64,000 bases of DNA from an uncultured virus (IMG/VR IMGVR_UViG_3300029953_000003) (Duplodnaviria; Heunggongvirae; Uroviricota; Caudoviricetes). The stretch lies in IMG/VR virus record IMGVR_UViG_3300029953_000003; one strand, 5' to 3'. The notes under the pieces are model-generated. The model was not told the DNA's origin. It did not search any database and saw only the letters and a list, made by a program, of their open reading frames with translations. The stretch's first letter is position 1; each line of letters starts with the position of its first letter. Positions 56,231-64,000 of this stretch are shown here, one piece after another. The position numbers were made by a program, and so were the translations under genes.

Positions 56231-56784
56231 GATGAGCAGAGCTCGATGAGGACGATCCTGCCCATCATCAGGCTGACCTCGCTCGTCCGCGCGTCGTCGG
56301 AGAGCGCTTCGGTGACACGGAGCGCGAGCTCGCGAATCCAGCGCTCTGGATACTTGTTGCCGTATCGCGTCATCCCGCAGCGCTTCATGTTCAAGCGCAC
56401 CTCACGGATGGCGGCTGCGCTTGCCGCGCGAGCAAGGCATGATCCGCTCAGCTTCACGTAGGTGAGGCGTCCCATCGAGAGGTAGACGTTGATGGCCAGC
56501 GCGTCTTCGGGAAACGACGCCGGGAGGCGCCCTGCGAGCTCGCGGATCCACGACTCGGGGTCCTTCGCGGCGTCTTTTGAGACGCCGATCTTGTCCAGTA
56601 GGCGATCTGCGCTTGCTTCGTCGACGGTCCAGGAGCACGGGCATACGCCAGCGTTCTTGCAGTGCCCGCAGGTGGAATGGTCGAGCGCGAGCACGGAACC
56701 GTTGCACTCGCAGCACGTCTTGGCGTCCGGATTCGCTTGCGGCGCAGCCTCGTTCGCGGCGACTCTGGCCTCGGTCGTATTCAT
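56227..56784 (-). CDS. Hypothetical zinc-finger protein
   Basis: GGAGG RBS; CCECNG...CGHCKNAGVCPC; ATGA overlap. Confidence 0.6.
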   Translation of the reverse strand: MNTTEARVAANEAAPQANPDAKTCCECNGSVLALDHSTCGHCKNAGVCPCSWTVDEASADRLLDKIGVSKDAAKDPESWIRELAGRLPASFPEDALAINVYLSMGRLTYVKLSGSCLARAASAAAIREVRLNMKRCGMTRYGNKYPERWIRELALRVTEALSDDARTSEVSLMMGRIVLIELCSS

Positions 56785-57464
56785 CGCCCTTCCTCCGGGC
56801 AGCACTTTTTGCAGTTGCAGCCGCCCTCCGGCTCGCCGCTTTCGATGGTCTCGCCTCGCTCTGGACGCCAGGTCCATCTGAACTTGAATGCTCGCGCCGG
56901 GATCTGGCTTGGCTCGTCGCAGAGGCGGAGGAGGATGTCGTCGCGAAGCGCCGTTGCTTCGCTGTCCGGGATCGACCAGTAGGCGGAGGCTCGCTTCACT
57001 TCGGCCGCGACGCTGTCCCGCTCCTCGACGCTTACGTCGTTCGCGCCAGCGAGGACGTGCAGGAGCGAGTCGCAGCACCGCCGAAGGGCGAGGTAGCGGC
57101 GAAAGATGTCGCCTGCACCAGGTTCGTAGGGGCGGTAGGCGATGTAGGCGTCGGTCGCTGCCTCTTCGTAGTCTCGGAGGGCCGCCCGGAGAATCTCGAC
57201 GGGAGCCTTGACCGGCAGCTTCGGCCCGCAGGTCGGGCACCCACACCACGGACAGCACCTGCGCGTGTCGTCGGGCACGCCCGAGCACATCGCAGAGCAT
57301 GCGCACCCGTGACATGGGCTTCCAGGAGCTGGAGTGACCGTGAGACCTGCTCGGCCAGTTCGGGCAAACTGGGCGAGCCTGGCGTAGTTGTCCCTGTCGC
57401 CGCATCCGAGGGCGTGAAGCCCGCGGATGGCCTGGTCGAGGGGCGACAGCGTGCGCGCTGCCAT
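56781..57464 (-). CDS. Cys-rich hypothetical protein
   Basis: MAARTLSPLDQ...; several CxxC/CxC motifs. Confidence 0.55.
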   Translation of the reverse strand: MAARTLSPLDQAIRGLHALGCGDRDNYARLAQFARTGRAGLTVTPAPGSPCHGCACSAMCSGVPDDTRRCCPWCGCPTCGPKLPVKAPVEILRAALRDYEEAATDAYIAYRPYEPGAGDIFRRYLALRRCCDSLLHVLAGANDVSVEERDSVAAEVKRASAYWSIPDSEATALRDDILLRLCDEPSQIPARAFKFRWTWRPERGETIESGEPEGGCNCKKCCPEEGR

Positions 57465-57466
57465 GG

Positions 57467-57727
57467 TCAGCCGCCGCCCGAAACAGAGAAGCCCTTGGGC
57501 TCGGTGACGATCTCCGGGTCCTTGTCGAGCTCGATGTCGCTCGAGTCGCGAGCGGGGAGCTTGACGCCAGCCGGCGGACGGACGGAGAGGAAGATCTTGC
57601 GATCCCTCCATCCGGGCCGGAGGAGCTCGCGGGCCTCGTTGGCATCATGGGCCAGCGCGAACATGACTCCGGCGGAGTGATCGCAGAGGACGTTCTGCCA
57701 GACGAAGAGATAGAGATTTTTTTCCAT
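57467..57727 (-). CDS. Small phage-type protein
   Basis: MEKNLYLFVWQNVLCDHSAGVMFALAHDANEAR...GGG. Confidence 0.6.
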   Translation of the reverse strand: MEKNLYLFVWQNVLCDHSAGVMFALAHDANEARELLRPGWRDRKIFLSVRPPAGVKLPARDSSDIELDKDPEIVTEPKGFSVSGGG

Positions 57728-57758
57728 GGTTTCGTTGCTTCGCTTTCTCGTGGGCGGA

Positions 57759-58025
57759 TCAGGCTGACGGCGGGATTCTGCCACCCCATGCCCGAATGTT
57801 CTTGTTGTAGTCTCCAGAGCGAATTTTTTCTGAGATCGTGTCGACCTCTACGTCAGAGAGGGCCGCTCCAGAGGAGTGCTTCGATCGCATGGTTTGCCAA
57901 AATTCGACATTTTCTGGACTGGACGCCTCGGCCTTTTTGCTCTCGGAGCGGATCAGCAGAAAAAGAAACGGACGTACCTGCTCCGCTGGGATCTTGTAAG
58001 GCGAAAGAGCTTCCCAGATCGTCAC
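57759..58025 (-). CDS. Hypothetical protein
   Basis: GTGA overlap chain. Confidence 0.5.
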   Translation of the reverse strand: MTIWEALSPYKIPAEQVRPFLFLLIRSESKKAEASSPENVEFWQTMRSKHSSGAALSDVEVDTISEKIRSGDYNKNIRAWGGRIPPSA

Positions 58026-58246
58026 GACGCGGGCCTGAGGGTCTCGAGGAGGAGGCCGGGGGCGGGCGCGAAGCCGTCGGTCTGGCTTTCGCCCGGGGCG
58101 AGGAGCTCGATGAGCTCGTTGGGCATGGCGCCGATCTCGGCCGCTGCCCGTCGGGCGGATTCTCGCACGCGATCGCGAAGGGGCCCGCCTGCGGCGTGGT
58201 GGGCGATCTCGGTCGGGCTGAGGGTGATCCTGGTGCGTGTGTTCAT
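58022..58246 (-). CDS. Small hypothetical protein
   Basis: MNTRTRITLSP...; ATGA overlap. Confidence 0.5.
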   Translation of the reverse strand: MNTRTRITLSPTEIAHHAAGGPLRDRVRESARRAAAEIGAMPNELIELLAPGESQTDGFAPAPGLLLETLRPAS

Positions 58247-58914
58247 GGCTCGATGTCCTCGATCAGATACCCGAAGCACTGGTTGTATTGCGCGTTCGTG
58301 TTGAGCATGTCGAGGATGGGCTTCAGCGTAGCCTGCGCAGCTTTGCTGTAGCCCGAGAACTCGATGTACTCAGAGCTTGAGACGTTGCGTCCTAGATTGT
58401 CGTGCAGATCGTAGCCGGTCGACTTTGGGTAGAACCAGAAGTCTCCCTGGATGACGGCGAAGCCTAACCTGTGCTTGCGGCACGCAGGTACCATGACCTG
58501 CTCGCGATAGCGTTTAGCGAGAGCGCTTGCGTCATCATCGAGCCTCTTCTGGAATCCTTTGAGCGCTTCGCCGTAGGCTTCCGACGGGGTCTCTTTTGCG
58601 GGCTCATGTCCGTTTTTGGCCAGGCGCGCGGCGGCCATCTCGCGCGTGGTCGCCTCGGTGGTTGCCCACCCCTCGCCGTTCGCTCGCGGAAGCACGCCGA
58701 ACGCACGCGCCTCGCTTTCCAGCATCGACGCATCGGTGATCCTCCCAGCGGCACGGTGTGCGGTCGCGGACTCCTTGACGGCCATCGCCGGATTCACAGA
58801 CAGCACCGCGTCGCATAGATCGGTGGTCACCCACGCCGGCAGCTTTGCTTTTCGGTGAGCCGCGGTAAGGGTTCGCTCGCGCACCGGGCCGGTGTGGCAT
58901 ACGCCTCGGATCAT
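58243..58914 (-). CDS. Hypothetical protein
   Basis: GAGGAG RBS; 223 aa. Confidence 0.65.
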   Translation of the reverse strand: MIRGVCHTGPVRERTLTAAHRKAKLPAWVTTDLCDAVLSVNPAMAVKESATAHRAAGRITDASMLESEARAFGVLPRANGEGWATTEATTREMAAARLAKNGHEPAKETPSEAYGEALKGFQKRLDDDASALAKRYREQVMVPACRKHRLGFAVIQGDFWFYPKSTGYDLHDNLGRNVSSSEYIEFSGYSKAAQATLKPILDMLNTNAQYNQCFGYLIEDIEP

Positions 58915-58956
58915 GGTCGAATCTCCTCTGTGCTGCGTGCTACGTGCAGTGTAGTG

Positions 58957-59193
58957 TTATGCGGCCTCGTAGCGAGCCGCGAAGCGAGCGCGGAGGACGC
59001 CCAGCGACACGTCGCGCTCTTCCTGGGTCAGGACGTACCGGCCCGTCCCCCTGTAGAAGAGGGACACGCGGCGAAGCGTCGCCGTCTCGTCCAGCGCGGA
59101 TTTCGCTGTCCCGTACAGCTCACGCGTGACCGGATCGACGATGGTGACGAGGGTCACGTGGCTGGCGGCGTTCCTGATGGCCTTGATGTCCAT
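58957..59193 (-). CDS. Small hypothetical protein (apparently leaderless)
   Basis: ATG lies 7 nt after the -10 box of an operator-containing promoter. Confidence 0.6.
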   Translation of the reverse strand: MDIKAIRNAASHVTLVTIVDPVTRELYGTAKSALDETATLRRVSLFYRGTGRYVLTQEERDVSLGVLRARFAARYEAA

Positions 59194-59200
59194 GGGCTAC

Positions 59201-59244
59201 AGAATGGGCCCGCTGCCCAAGGTTGTCAAGATAGTTTTCTTGAC
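59201..59244 (-). promoter_or_regulatory. Sigma70-type promoter with palindromic operator
   Basis: TTGACA-17-CATTCT; perfect inverted repeat GTCAAGA-TAGTTT-TCTTGAC at 59225-59244. Confidence 0.75.
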
Positions 59245-59597
59245 GCCTTCGTCTTCGTGACGATCGCCTGGCGTGAGCTCGCTACGGGCAGAGCGGCGAT
59301 CGTTCCGGCGTCAGTCGCCAATCTTGCCTTTCGCCCCCGTGGAGCTCGCACGCGATCGGGCCGTCGCGGTTTGGCGAGCCTTTCGGCGTCGAGCATCGAG
59401 GCTGCCACGGCGAGAGTGTCCCCTCCCGAAAGCGTGACCCCGAGCAAGAAGCACGTCACGGGGGCATGTGGGTCGAGGCAAATCCCCGTTCCACCTCCAA
59501 GGTACTTCCGCACGAAGTCGAGGACGTCCATCGTGCCGTGCATTGCCCCGAGCGTGAAGTTCGTCTGAGGGGCACCTGGCGTCAGAGAGATCCGCAC
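59226..59597 (-). CDS. Hypothetical protein
   Basis: AAGAAG upstream; 123 aa. Confidence 0.45.
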   Translation of the reverse strand: MRISLTPGAPQTNFTLGAMHGTMDVLDFVRKYLGGGTGICLDPHAPVTCFLLGVTLSGGDTLAVAASMLDAERLAKPRRPDRVRAPRGRKARLATDAGTIAALPVASSRQAIVTKTKASRKLS

Positions 59598-59611
59598 GAT
59601 TGATTCTTCTT

Positions 59612-60124
59612 TCAGCCGGCCAGGCCAGCGATCGCCCGACAGGCGCTTGCCACGCGCAGAGCGGCCTCGGCGATCGTGCCGGCGTCAGGCTGGCCCTCTG
59701 CGCTGACCGACACACCGCCACGGGCGAAGACGCACCCGTAACTCGCGGCCGTTGCGTGGATGGCCTTCTCGTCCCAGGGCCAGTGGTTCGCGCTGGCGCG
59801 CTTCTGGAGCGCTACGTGGGCGTTGTCGAAGATGTGCTGCTCGCGGAGAACGACGAGCCTTGCCAGCGGAGCGTACAGCACCTCGACGTCGATGGACCCG
59901 CGCTTGCCGTCGTAGCCGCCGTCGACGACGACAAGGACCTCCTTTTCGCCCACGGGCTCCACGCGTCGAATCCCTGGCCATCGCGCGAGCGCAGCGCACT
60001 GCTGGGCGTCCAGGAAACCCATCGGGCCACCCAGAAGGCTCGACAGCTTTTTCTTCGGCCAGAAGAGGATGCCCCTGAGACTGGCGATCAGCATCCACTT
60101 TGCAATCCCATCGTAATTCGACAC
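59612..60124 (-). CDS. Hypothetical protein
   Basis: 170-aa ORF; start uncertain. Confidence 0.5.
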   Translation of the reverse strand: MSNYDGIAKWMLIASLRGILFWPKKKLSSLLGGPMGFLDAQQCAALARWPGIRRVEPVGEKEVLVVVDGGYDGKRGSIDVEVLYAPLARLVVLREQHIFDNAHVALQKRASANHWPWDEKAIHATAASYGCVFARGGVSVSAEGQPDAGTIAEAALRVASACRAIAGLAG

Positions 60125-60218
60125 GGCGTCTCATTATCGGCGCAGCTCATCAGCTTTTGCGAATGCTCACGTTCGCCACATGCCTTGCCTGTAGCGCGTT
60201 GGCTTTTTGTTTTCGGGC

Positions 60219-60632
60219 TCATTGCCTTGCCGCCTTCAGAGCCTCGTTTTCAGCGCGCAGCGCGCAGATCTCTTTATTCGCCTCGGCGAGGTCGTGTCGG
60301 AGTTTAGCGTCTGCCGCCGCAGCTTCTTCCGAAGCGAGAATAAAGATCCACTCTCCTTGAGCCTGGGCGTGACAGACCTTCTCCTTCCCGTCGTTCACGT
60401 GGATCTGGTAGGCGGGGTAGGAGGTTTGGGCGATCTTGAGATCGCTTCCAGCGCGTTCTCCCATCTCCTCAACGACAGCAACAAGGCGCGGATCGTGACG
60501 ACAGATATCGTCCGCGTAAAACGTAGAATCGTCGATGACGATACCTTGTACGCCCTCGGCATGAAGGCGTCGAAGGGCCGCCTGGGAGAGGTTGAAGAGG
60601 CCGAAGCGGGAGTGGTAGACAACCTTGTGCAT
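60219..60632 (-). CDS. Conserved phage-type hypothetical protein
   Basis: KVVY...FGLFNLS...RHDPRLVAVVEEMG...LKI...DGKE, a pattern I recall from phage ORFans. Confidence 0.7.
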   Translation of the reverse strand: MHKVVYHSRFGLFNLSQAALRRLHAEGVQGIVIDDSTFYADDICRHDPRLVAVVEEMGERAGSDLKIAQTSYPAYQIHVNDGKEKVCHAQAQGEWIFILASEEAAAADAKLRHDLAEANKEICALRAENEALKAARQ

Positions 60633-60641
60633 GGCTTGCCC

Positions 60642-60684
60642 AGCTTAGGCCCGTCGTTCAGCTTGTCAAGATTATTTTCTTGAT
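60642..60684 (-). promoter_or_regulatory. Sigma70-type promoter with palindromic operator
   Basis: TTGACA-16-TAAGCT; GTCAAGA-TTATTT-TCTTGA. Confidence 0.7.
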
Positions 60685-60736
60685 GACCGATGTGCGTGCC
60701 GGTTCTTCGCGCTGACTGCTGCGCCAGCGCGCTTTT

Positions 60737-60813
60737 GGCGCGAACATCGTGAGCTGCGGGTCCAGGGAGGGCCTAGGCCCTGGCGGGGGTGCCGGGGGCG
60801 GAGCCCCTGGCGC
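60737..60813 (+). repeat. Dispersed palindromic element forming the 3' end and stop of the HTH gene
   Basis: ggcgcgaacatcgtgagctgcgggtccagggagggcctaggccctggcgggggtgccgggggcggagcccctggcgc. Confidence 0.9.
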
Positions 60814-61285
60814 TCTTGCTCTTCACGATCTTCTCGAGCGTCTTGCGGTGAGCGGGGGGGAGCGTGCCGTGGCGAGCGCGCGAGAGAACGCTCTCGTGGA
60901 TCTCGAGGTGGACGGCGAGCTCGGCCACGGTGCGGAACCCCAGGCACTGGCGGGCGCGCTCGATCAGCTTGCCGTCAGCAGACGTAGGGGACGCGCCGGT
61001 GCGGCCGGGCATGGCGCGGCTGCGGAGAAGGGGCAGGAGCGAGCGCGCCTCGTCTTCGGGAAAGACCTCCGACCATCCTTCTTGGAGGGCGGCGTCGTCG
61101 GGGATCCATGCTCCAGGCCGGGCATCGCCCTCGCGATGAACGGCGTACCTGGAGCCGGTGCGAACCAGGCGAAAGAGAGGGATCTGGAGTGGCAGAGGGC
61201 TCGTCATTGCCTCCCACGCAGAAGGTGGCGCGGTGGGCGCAGGAGCCGGTTCGACGAGGATGGTGGTGCGGAGGTCCCTCTTCAT
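60773..61285 (-). CDS. Protein with a C-terminal Cro/CI-type HTH
   Basis: LIERARQCLGFRTVAELAVHLEIHESVLSRARHG; ATGA overlap. Confidence 0.65.
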   Translation of the reverse strand: MKRDLRTTILVEPAPAPTAPPSAWEAMTSPLPLQIPLFRLVRTGSRYAVHREGDARPGAWIPDDAALQEGWSEVFPEDEARSLLPLLRSRAMPGRTGASPTSADGKLIERARQCLGFRTVAELAVHLEIHESVLSRARHGTLPPAHRKTLEKIVKSKSARGSAPGTPARA

Positions 61286-61614
61286 GACGGACTCGCGGCG
61301 TTGAGAGGTGGAAATCCTTCCTCTTCTTTTGCATAGTCTTCCGCGCGCCGCTTGTCTCTTGTGAGCTCGTCGGCTCGTTGTCTCCCGAGCCTGTGAATGC
61401 CAGCGATGAGCGCTGGCCGGTGAACCCCTCCACAGCGCTTGTCCATCATCTGGGTGACGCGACCGTAGAAGAGCCCCAGCATGCGAACCCGCGCAGCCTC
61501 GCGCTTGCGCGCACGAGCGCGGCATCCAGCGGCGTTCTGACACTGCGGCGATTTTCCGATCAGCGCGCGCGGCGAGGTCGAGCCGCACGACGGACATTCT
61601 TCGGTGCGCTTCAT
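61282..61614 (-). CDS. Small zinc-ribbon protein
   Basis: MKRTEECPSCGS...CQNAAGC. Confidence 0.55.
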   Translation of the reverse strand: MKRTEECPSCGSTSPRALIGKSPQCQNAAGCRARARKREAARVRMLGLFYGRVTQMMDKRCGGVHRPALIAGIHRLGRQRADELTRDKRRAEDYAKEEEGFPPLNAASPS

Positions 61615-62309
61615 TGCCGCGCCTGGCCTTCTGCGACCGCGACGACGCCCTTGGGCCTTTGGGATCGGTGGACATGCAAGCGCTTGCGCCAAGCGATGAC
61701 GGGCGGGGCCTTCGGGCTTGTCGCTTCCAGATCGATGAGGCACGCGAGATCCCCCATGGCATCGCGTAGCGCGTACGGTGGCCCGTCTCCGCGAGCGCAG
61801 GTTCCGTGCAGTGCGCCATGCGGCAGCGCCCACACCTCGACCTTTCCGTCGGGCACGCTTCGTTTCTTTGCGGTGTCAGGCCAGAGCTTGGCGACGATGG
61901 CCTTCAGCTCCTGCAAATCCACGGGCATCACGGCAGGCTTCGTCGAGCCAGAGATCTCATGGGATTCACGAAAACGATCAGCCTCGCCGCTCTCTTCTTT
62001 TTCTGCTTGCCGAGCAGCCATGAGCGCAAGAAGCGCACCTCCTGCGGGAGGCCGAGCCTCGGCCTCTTCGGCGGGTGCCATAGTCGCGCCAACGGGCGCT
62101 GCAATGGCCTGGAGCTTCGCTTTTTCGGCTTCCTTGCACTCGTAACAGCCGCAGCCGATCCCCTTCGCTCTTGCGCGTGCGCCATCCCGGAAAGCCTGCT
62201 CGGCCTTGTCTTTTGCGATTCTGTTCTCGACGAACAGTCGCGCCCAGCCGCGGTGGTCGTCGTGGTACCCCGCGAACACCATCGCGCTCAACGCGTCTTT
62301 GCGTTTCAT
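61611..62309 (-). CDS. Hypothetical protein
   Basis: MKRKDALSAMVFAGYHDD...CGCYEC; ATGA overlap. Confidence 0.6.
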   Translation of the reverse strand: MKRKDALSAMVFAGYHDDHRGWARLFVENRIAKDKAEQAFRDGARARAKGIGCGCYECKEAEKAKLQAIAAPVGATMAPAEEAEARPPAGGALLALMAARQAEKEESGEADRFRESHEISGSTKPAVMPVDLQELKAIVAKLWPDTAKKRSVPDGKVEVWALPHGALHGTCARGDGPPYALRDAMGDLACLIDLEATSPKAPPVIAWRKRLHVHRSQRPKGVVAVAEGQARQ

Positions 62310-62608
62310 CGTGCCCTCTTGGAATCGACGGATGCGTTGGCTCCAACGCGCTTCAGATCCTTGAAGGATCGCAGGGCGACGGAGACCGCGTCTTCGCGAC
62401 CGGCCGCCTGGGCAAGGACGGCGATCTCCCGGAGCGCCGACATCGCCACGTAGAGCGGATCGTTCGTGAGCGCGATTTTTGGCCTCTGGAGCGTGGCGAG
62501 GGTGGAGTACCTCCCGCGCCAGATGGCCGGCGTCTGCGGGGTGAAGTCCGAGGGGTCCTCGGGCGAGCTCTTCCATGTGACGCGGATCGCGCTCTCTCTT
62601 GAGACCAT
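62306..62608 (-). CDS. Hypothetical protein (apparently leaderless)
   Basis: MVSRESAIRV...; ATG lies 6 nt after a -10 box. Confidence 0.55.
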   Translation of the reverse strand: MVSRESAIRVTWKSSPEDPSDFTPQTPAIWRGRYSTLATLQRPKIALTNDPLYVAMSALREIAVLAQAAGREDAVSVALRSFKDLKRVGANASVDSKRAR

Positions 62609-62614
62609 CCAGCC

Positions 62615-62658
62615 ATCTTGAGCACAGCCGAAGGTTTTGTAAAGATTAACTTCTTGAC
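62615..62658 (-). promoter_or_regulatory. Promoter with variant operator
   Basis: TTTACA-17-CAAGAT; GTAAAGA-TTAACT-TCTTGAC. Confidence 0.6.
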
Positions 62659-62676
62659 GCAAGGCCAGGTCAACCA

Positions 62677-63000
62677 TCAGCCAACCGGCGGCAGGTGCGG
62701 CCATGACGTATCGAGCGACATGAGGACGCTGTTAGCATCGCCCAGGAGGTCACGCGGCCTCACGTGGCGGGCACCCTCAAGCGCTTCAGCGACGCCTGTA
62801 ACCGTGCCGTCAATCGCGGTCTCGTCAGAGCAAACGCGAAGGGGCCGATCCGTCACCAGCATGCCGACGACGGTGTAGCGATGAAGCTCGCCTTCGGGCA
62901 CGCTGACGGGGTCGCGTCGCCAGAGGACGCCGCGGAAGTGTTCTCGCGTGGGCGACGCTGTCTTCTTTTCCCGAAGAGCGTCCACTTCGCCATCGAGCAT
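62677..63000 (-). CDS. Hypothetical protein
   Basis: GAGGAGG RBS before ATG 63000. Confidence 0.55.
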   Translation of the reverse strand: MLDGEVDALREKKTASPTREHFRGVLWRRDPVSVPEGELHRYTVVGMLVTDRPLRVCSDETAIDGTVTGVAEALEGARHVRPRDLLGDANSVLMSLDTSWPHLPPVG

Positions 63001-63032
63001 GCTGGCCTCCTCGTGCGGCTGCGACGTCAACC

Positions 63033-63076
63033 AGCGTAGGGCGACTCTGCCAATTCGTCAAGAAAGTTTTCTTGAG
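63033..63076 (-). promoter_or_regulatory. Sigma70-type promoter with palindromic operator
   Basis: TTGACG-17-TACGCT; GTCAAGA-AAGTTT-TCTTGA. Confidence 0.7.
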
Positions 63077-63365
63077 CAACCGGGCACAGGTGCCCCTAGC
63101 CCCTAGCGCTCCTTCGGCCAGAGGATGCAGACCGGCGGCGGAGGCGAGCTCTGGGTAGCGCGCTTTGCGGCGCCTTCTTCTCCGGGGCGAGTAGCACGGA
63201 GGGTCGGAGGGGGCGGCGGGATCGTCTCGGTCGTATTCGTCGTCATGGGGTGCCTCACGCGCCCGAGCCCGGCGACCTCGGGGGCCGTCGGGCATGATGC
63301 GCGTCTCGCCAGCAAGGTTACAGTGGGTAGTCGGTGGCCCTTCTCACAGAAGCCTCATGACTGCG

Positions 63366-63710
63366 TCATGCCGCGAGCCCGGCGCTGATGCGGACGAGCT
63401 CCGCCCATTTGTTCGGGTCTGCAAACGCGACCCTGGAGAGCCCGGACAGGACCGCCGCGTAGTCGGGCCGATACGCCTTCATGTGCTCGAGGCACCACGC
63501 GACCATCACCTTCTCGGTCGCGATGTGCACGCCGAAGAGAACCCAGAGGTCTACCTCGGCTTCGATCGCGTCGCGCGCCGACTCGCCGCGCTTGGCGATC
63601 TCGAGGATGACCTTGGCCTTGGCCGCCTCGTGCGCCTTGGTGGCCACGAGGCAGGCGATCTGCGTTGCGTGGGGAGGTGGGAGGGATCGCTTCGTGGTGG
63701 CTCGCTTCAT
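63366..63710 (-). CDS. Hypothetical protein (apparently leaderless)
   Basis: MKRATTKRS...; ATG lies 7 nt after CAAGAT. Confidence 0.6.
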   Translation of the reverse strand: MKRATTKRSLPPPHATQIACLVATKAHEAAKAKVILEIAKRGESARDAIEAEVDLWVLFGVHIATEKVMVAWCLEHMKAYRPDYAAVLSGLSRVAFADPNKWAELVRISAGLAA

Positions 63711-63717
63711 GAGCACC

Positions 63718-63760
63718 ATCTTGGGCCTGGACGGAGAATTGTCAAGAAAGTTTTCTTGCT
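63718..63760 (-). promoter_or_regulatory. Sigma70-type promoter with palindromic operator
   Basis: TTGACA-16-CAAGAT; GTCAAGA-AAGTTT-TCTTGC. Confidence 0.7.
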
Positions 63761-64000
63761 ACCGTCCGACGGCCACTGCGGCATGCGGCAGGCATCTGCC
63801 CGCCGGCTCCTTGGCTAGGTGCTGGATTGCCCGACGGCGAGCGACTCGATGAGTCTGACGCACTGCGCGTTCTCCCGCTCCTTCTCCGCGGCCGTTCGGG
63901 CATTCTCCTCCGCCTCCTTCTTCAGCTCGATCGCGACCGCCTCCTCGGCGGCCTTCGTGGTCGACCGCATGGCGTCAGTGAGCGTCCCGCGGTAGCCAGG

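Noticed and set aside
27040..60813. Dispersed repeats as a CRISPR array
   Set aside because: Copies are kilobases apart, in both orientations, with no regular spacers and no cas genes.
1..64000. tRNA, rRNA, integrase, capsid, terminase or portal genes
   Set aside because: None recognised by eye, so phage versus plasmid identity remains an inference.

Overview
High-GC, gene-dense window, mostly encoded on the minus strand. It looks like part of a large phage or phage-plasmid of a myxobacterial-type host. That assignment is inferred from Ser-linker/Cys-rich lipoproteins, a lytic transglycosylase, many short overlapping ORFans and two giant polyvalent proteins; no capsid, terminase, integrase, rRNA, tRNA or CRISPR array was seen. 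The two giants are 4424 aa (DarA-C-, DUF3560- and LPD25-like modules) and 3564 aa (HARP-like repeats plus a SNF2 helicase), and they share repeated modules. Other recognisable genes are a short C5-MTase-like gene, a GT2 glycosyltransferase, a HerA-like ATPase, a C-terminal-only DnaE, a HAD protein and a split PadR. Main sequence-level discoveries: (1) a 33-bp perfect direct repeat links an expressed adhesin/fibre-like gene to a start-less alternative C-terminal cassette; (2) a 136-bp inversion between CATG sites cuts padR, and flipping it back restores an intact ORF coupled to the next gene; (3) six copies of a ~65-75 bp palindromic element, four of them in frame inside the giant genes in both orientations; (4) a six-copy palindromic operator (GTCAAGA-N6-TCTTG) over sigma70 -35 boxes of mostly leaderless genes; (5) a ~100-aa beta-rich domain family with seven members, one inserted inside the SNF2 ATPase. 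All family assignments come from reading motifs by eye, without database searches.
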